Below are positions 60,019-64,000 of a DNA stretch of 64,000 nucleotides, one piece after another. This DNA comes from an uncultured Gammaproteobacteria bacterium (GTDB taxonomy: Bacteria > Patescibacteriota > Patescibacteriia > Patescibacteriales > UBA12465). The position numbers and the translations under genes were made by a program. Within the stretch, counting starts at the first letter, position 1, and each line of letters starts with the position of its first letter. Location of the stretch: positions 451,102-515,101 of the forward strand of contig CAZTUJ010000001.1 of the NCBI GenBank assembly GCA_964616855.1. Reading direction: 5' to 3'. A model generated the notes under the pieces. The model saw only the letters and a list, made by a program, of their open reading frames with translations, ran no database searches and was not told the DNA's origin.

Positions 60019-62049
60019 TTATTCTACGCGACCGTTATTGGAAAGACCGGCAATTTCATCATCTTCTAACTTGCTGGTTTTAGCCTGAGTCTTGCGCCGC
60101 AGATCACCTTTAGTAAGCGCATCTATAGCGGTCGCCAGACTGCCCGGAGAAATCACTAAAATTTTGTTACGATCAGCTTCACTCGGTGTCAGGCTAAGAT
60201 TAAATTCAGCATCAGCCCGGTAAACAGAGAGGGGTAAAAAACCAATACGCCAAGTGATGCGTCGGTTTTCTTCGTCATAAGAAATTTTACCGACGTTAGT
60301 GTTATTAGCCCCCGCCCAGTTAACTCCGGCCGGAAGGTCTAAAATCACTTGCGCCTCTTCCAAATCATGAAGATTATTTTTTATTGTCCAAGCCACCCTA
60401 ACGGTTGTAGTTTCACCAACGCGTGGCGGTAAAGGACCAGAACCGATTGGTAAATTATCTTCATTAAAGTATAAAATCTTTTCACTGAGTGCCAAATCGC
60501 TGTTTAATTGGCTGTTAATAGTATTACTCTTATTATCATCCCCTTCCTTGCTGGCCTGATTATTAATACCATATTGGGCATAACTGCTAATAAGGGCATC
60601 ACTACCTAAATCAGAATCAGTAAAATCTTTAACCTTAACAGAAAAATCAATTGTACCACTGCTACCAGGAGCTAACTCGGCCAAAGCTGGTACTTGTTCT
60701 TTGGTCCAAACAATAGCATTACTGGAACGGCTACCGCCACTAGGATCGCGCAAAGAAGACCATTGAATAAAATCGCCTTTTATAACAGCCATTAACACTA
60801 AATCATACAAAGCTGAATCCCCATTATTAGAATAGGATAAACTGTATTCCAGGGTCTCCCCAAAATCGAGAGGCTGATCGCTCTTCTCGCCGTTTAAAGA
60901 CAGACTGAGATTAAGATCGCTTTTCATCACATCAAAAGAAATGGTTTTTTCCCAAAAAATATGTTCACTCCCGTCAGCTTCTTTCTTTAAAAGACGTAAG
61001 GTAAAATCTTCTTGATCCTGCTTCTTTTCCTTAAGACTGAAGACCAGGGGCACAGAAATGCGCTCTTCAGAATTAAAGGGTAAATTATGTATAGTCCAAT
61101 TACCTTCTCCTGCCGGCTGCACTGAGACCGCTGTTACTTCCTCAGAAGAGGTTGCCGTGCTAGTAGCAAGCTGTTCCTCGCTCCCGACGCTTTCAACTTT
61201 AAAATTGTCAGAAACACTAACAGATAGATACAAATCCTTAATTTGATTTTCTTTAAAACCGGTAAAGTCTAGCTTCAATTCGTTGCTTTGACCAATAAGA
61301 GCAGTGTTGAGATAGTCAGTATTAACTGCAAACCCCATTCCCGCGATCACGGTATTAGCACTCGCTTCTTTCTTAAATTCACTGGAAAAATTAGCAGGCG
61401 TATAATTTAATTTAGCGTTGATAACATTGGGAGAGTCAACTGCTGCTACTAAATAACCGCTGACAATGACTTTACCTGAAGCACCTGGATTTAAATTGCC
61501 TAAAGACCAAGAATTCAAACCGGAAGTCTGCGGCGAGCTAGTGGACAGGACAAAACTTGGGGGCAAAATTGCTTCTAAGCTGACATTAGACAAAGAGAGT
61601 CCGCTATTATTTTCATAAATCAATTCGTAAGAAAAAGGCGTAGCGACACTAATTTCTTCGGGAGCGGCTACCCGCAAAGAAACCCCCTCTGTACCAGCCG
61701 GTCTTTGAAAATAATAATAATAAGCACCGTAAAGGCCGCAGGCAAGAATAGTAATTACCAATAATCGCTTAAACAAAACGACTAGGCGCACACGCCTTCT
61801 TTTTTTAACTTTACTGACATCTACTAGCTCCCCTTTGTTATCGCGATAAATAGCGGAAAGATTTTGGTCAGCTTCTTGAGCTAAGGCTTCTTTTTTAATT
61901 GCCTGTTCGAACAACAAAACCTCTTCTGACTCCGGCAAAGGCCTTTCCAGAAAAGAGGCTGGCGACGAACTTTTACCCTTACGAGTAATTCTAGTTTTTT
62001 TGATTGCAGGCATGGTGTTAAAGCCAGCAGAATGATGATTTTCAATCAC
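60019..62049 (-). CDS. Membrane-anchored DUF11-like repeat surface protein
   Basis: Basic N-terminus plus TM; beta-rich repeated modules similar to 21080..22150. Confidence 0.4.
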   Translation of the reverse strand: MIENHHSAGFNTMPAIKKTRITRKGKSSSPASFLERPLPESEEVLLFEQAIKKEALAQEADQNLSAIYRDNKGELVDVSKVKKRRRVRLVVLFKRLLVITILACGLYGAYYYYFQRPAGTEGVSLRVAAPEEISVATPFSYELIYENNSGLSLSNVSLEAILPPSFVLSTSSPQTSGLNSWSLGNLNPGASGKVIVSGYLVAAVDSPNVINAKLNYTPANFSSEFKKEASANTVIAGMGFAVNTDYLNTALIGQSNELKLDFTGFKENQIKDLYLSVSVSDNFKVESVGSEEQLATSTATSSEEVTAVSVQPAGEGNWTIHNLPFNSEERISVPLVFSLKEKKQDQEDFTLRLLKKEADGSEHIFWEKTISFDVMKSDLNLSLSLNGEKSDQPLDFGETLEYSLSYSNNGDSALYDLVLMAVIKGDFIQWSSLRDPSGGSRSSNAIVWTKEQVPALAELAPGSSGTIDFSVKVKDFTDSDLGSDALISSYAQYGINNQASKEGDDNKSNTINSQLNSDLALSEKILYFNEDNLPIGSGPLPPRVGETTTVRVAWTIKNNLHDLEEAQVILDLPAGVNWAGANNTNVGKISYDEENRRITWRIGFLPLSVYRADAEFNLSLTPSEADRNKILVISPGSLATAIDALTKGDLRRKTQAKTSKLEDDEIAGLSNNGRVE

Positions 62050-62069
62050 CTAGACGCCGGCAGACAAAT

Positions 62070-64000
62070 TTATTTTTCTAAGAGGACAGCGCGCAATAAA
62101 TCTTGATCTAAAATATCTTTACTATTCCAAGATTCAGTCTGAGGATAATTCCAAACCGCCCGCCAAGTAGGGGGTAATTCGAGATTAAAAACTAAATCAG
62201 CAGGATGTGCGCCTGGCTGTTTTTGTACTAATAGAGAGAAAGGAGCTCTTTCTGGAGATTCTTGACGAAAGATTTTTTCCAAACGCAACCACCAATCATC
62301 GTTTGTCGGCTCACTTTTTTTAATCTTGAAAGGTAAACGATAACGTAAACGAATAACCGCTGTTTCACCCGGATCAACCATTACCCAGTTAGCAAAGACA
62401 GTCTTATCACTTTCTGTATAAATCTTAGTACCGCTATCTAAATCGGTCAGAGCCCGATTCTCGGTCTCAGCCAAAAGAGGAAAAACTTCCCAAGAAGCTT
62501 CGGGCTCATCAAAATAAGAAGCATCAGGAGCGCTAAAGCCACTAGCCGCTAAAAGCTGACTCCCTTTAGGAACATAGACCCGGAGCCAATCGACATTGCG
62601 AACGCCGCTGAGAATTTCGTTCTTGACGCCCGTGTGTCCTCGATAAATAGTCACGGTGTCAATTACGCTACCATCACTTAAAACCTGGGCGGAATGTTCA
62701 ATTCTTTCTTCCATGCGCCGGTCGCTTTTCTGTCCAGCAATATTAGTGTGAGCCACTAGCAAGTAATCTTGTTTAGCCGGAATAATAGCGCCATCAAAGC
62801 CGTAGCGACTGATCTTCGCCTGTAGGGCTGGGTCGTTAAAATACAACATGATATTTTTTGCGCTCAAATTCTTCTCCAAGGAAGACAACAAGGCCGGAGC
62901 ATTCTCCGCACTCAATACTTGCGGTAGACGCTCCATAATTTCTGCCATTAAATCGCCAATGATTTTCTTGGGCTGATTCTTAGGGCTATCTGGAATTAAG
63001 GCTAAAGCCTCGGGATGGGTTTTACGTAAATTTTCTTTTTCTACCGTTGTTTGAATTAATTCCCAAAAATTATCGGCATCGACTGTCAGACCATATTCTG
63101 CCTGCATATCAATAGGCCCGGTGATGCGCAATAAATCTTCTAAAACATTGGGGGTAAAACTAATAACACCATCAACGGTGGGGCCGTCACTCTTCTCATA
63201 AAACCACATCAGCGAACGGGCGCTAGTGGGCCAATCTGGCCACCAATTAGCATCCCAAAAATACCAGCGAGCACTCACCAGCCACAAAGGCTTGGGCGCT
63301 TGAATAAAAGACTTCATTCCCGCCTCAGTGTCATAAGAACCGCCAGCCGGCACCTCCAACTTCCTAATTTTTCCATCCCTGATATCAACTAAAGCGTAGC
63401 TGCCAAAGAAACCGCCAGCCCCCCTCATCTCCGCATTATTTTGAAAAACTAAAAGATAGCGCTTATCTTGGCTAACACCTAAAAATTCTTTAATTTCCTG
63501 AGCAGATCCCAAAAGAGAATCTAAAGATTTTACCGCCAAATCAGCCTGACCTCGAAAAGATAAAAAACGCTCACGATACTCTAGCGGCAAATCTTCCGCC
63601 TCAATCGCTTGTAGATTCCGCTGAAGCTCACGAGCACTATCTAGTGCTAAGCCACCATGAAGAACAAAGGCATCAATAATCTTACCCCAACTTTTATCTT
63701 CCGGCTGTTCTATAAAAACAGCCCCCATGGCACTCAAATGCTGACCCATCTCCGCCCCCGCTACTCCCGCCGCTAAAAATTGTTTACTAGAAGCAGCCAT
63801 TTTTATTTTTGGATTTCCAGAAAAAGAGGCAAAAGCTAAGAGCCAATCATCAACGCGACTAAGCTCAGCTTGAGCGGCACTAAAATCAACGGAAGCCCGA
63901 GCGAAATTGGAACCAGCACTCTCTAGGTCAAGTTGAACAGCATTATCTGAGGCTGCTGCTAAATTATCAAAAGCCGAAAAAGCCCGAGTAATGACATCGG
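62070..64000 (-). CDS. DUF4012 family protein, partial (N-terminus beyond window end)
   Basis: LLVFQNNAEMRGAGGFFGSYALV and downstream DUF4012 blocks; the frame stays open upstream of the ATG at 63800 to nt 64000. Confidence 0.6.
   Translation of the reverse strand, partial: DVITRAFSAFDNLAAASDNAVQLDLESAGSNFARASVDFSAAQAELSRVDDWLLAFASFSGNPKIKMAASSKQFLAAGVAGAEMGQHLSAMGAVFIEQPEDKSWGKIIDAFVLHGGLALDSARELQRNLQAIEAEDLPLEYRERFLSFRGQADLAVKSLDSLLGSAQEIKEFLGVSQDKRYLLVFQNNAEMRGAGGFFGSYALVDIRDGKIRKLEVPAGGSYDTEAGMKSFIQAPKPLWLVSARWYFWDANWWPDWPTSARSLMWFYEKSDGPTVDGVISFTPNVLEDLLRITGPIDMQAEYGLTVDADNFWELIQTTVEKENLRKTHPEALALIPDSPKNQPKKIIGDLMAEIMERLPQVLSAENAPALLSSLEKNLSAKNIMLYFNDPALQAKISRYGFDGAIIPAKQDYLLVAHTNIAGQKSDRRMEERIEHSAQVLSDGSVIDTVTIYRGHTGVKNEILSGVRNVDWLRVYVPKGSQLLAASGFSAPDASYFDEPEASWEVFPLLAETENRALTDLDSGTKIYTESDKTVFANWVMVDPGETAVIRLRYRLPFKIKKSEPTNDDWWLRLEKIFRQESPERAPFSLLVQKQPGAHPADLVFNLELPPTWRAVWNYPQTESWNSKDILDQDLLRAVLLEK

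Noticed and set aside
1-64000. CRISPR arrays, IS/transposase genes, prophage or restriction-modification genes
   Set aside because: No short regularly spaced direct repeats, no transposase/integrase other than the single Xer-family recombinase, and no phage structural or methylase signatures seen.

Overview
This 64-kb window is compact, gene-dense and AT-rich (about 40% GC). It reads like a Candidate Phyla Radiation (Patescibacteria-type) or similar reduced-genome bacterium, using standard code 11 (TGA is a stop). Most of it is housekeeping, with only fragments of the usual conserved operons: secE-nusG-rplK-rplA with no rplJ/rplL/rpoBC after it, rpsB-tsf, a lone rpmA, serS, dnaX, metG, pyrG, cca, tgt, rlmN, rsmI, tsaC, nifS-nifU, glycolysis genes eno/pyk/gap, and sodA. 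Interleaved with these are cell-envelope and surface-glycan genes: three GT4 glycosyltransferases, a Wzy_C ligase-like protein, a Wzz-like protein, a WecB/TagA(GT26)-NUDIX fusion, an S41 protease, an M23 peptidase, a beta-lactamase-fold hydrolase, two DUF4012 paralogs at the two window edges, DUF11-like repeat proteins, and glycoside-hydrolase-like TIM barrels, one fused to FG-GAP repeats. I saw no CRISPR array, tRNA, rRNA or transposase. The most notable things read from the DNA are: (i) a dif-like Xer site with a 15/15 identity to the E. coli dif core, in a 373-bp non-coding convergent gap about 0.7 kb from the single xer recombinase gene; (ii) a 56-aa CxxCxxCxxxCP ferredoxin gene missed by the ORF track, apparently heading an operon with a small hypothetical protein and an 854-aa membrane-anchored TrwB/VirD4-like P-loop ATPase; (iii) the GT26-NUDIX fusion; (iv) a perfect 16-bp hairpin in the leader of an RRM RNA-binding protein gene that sits where rplJ-rplL would be expected. 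Family assignments are from motif recognition only; no searches were run.
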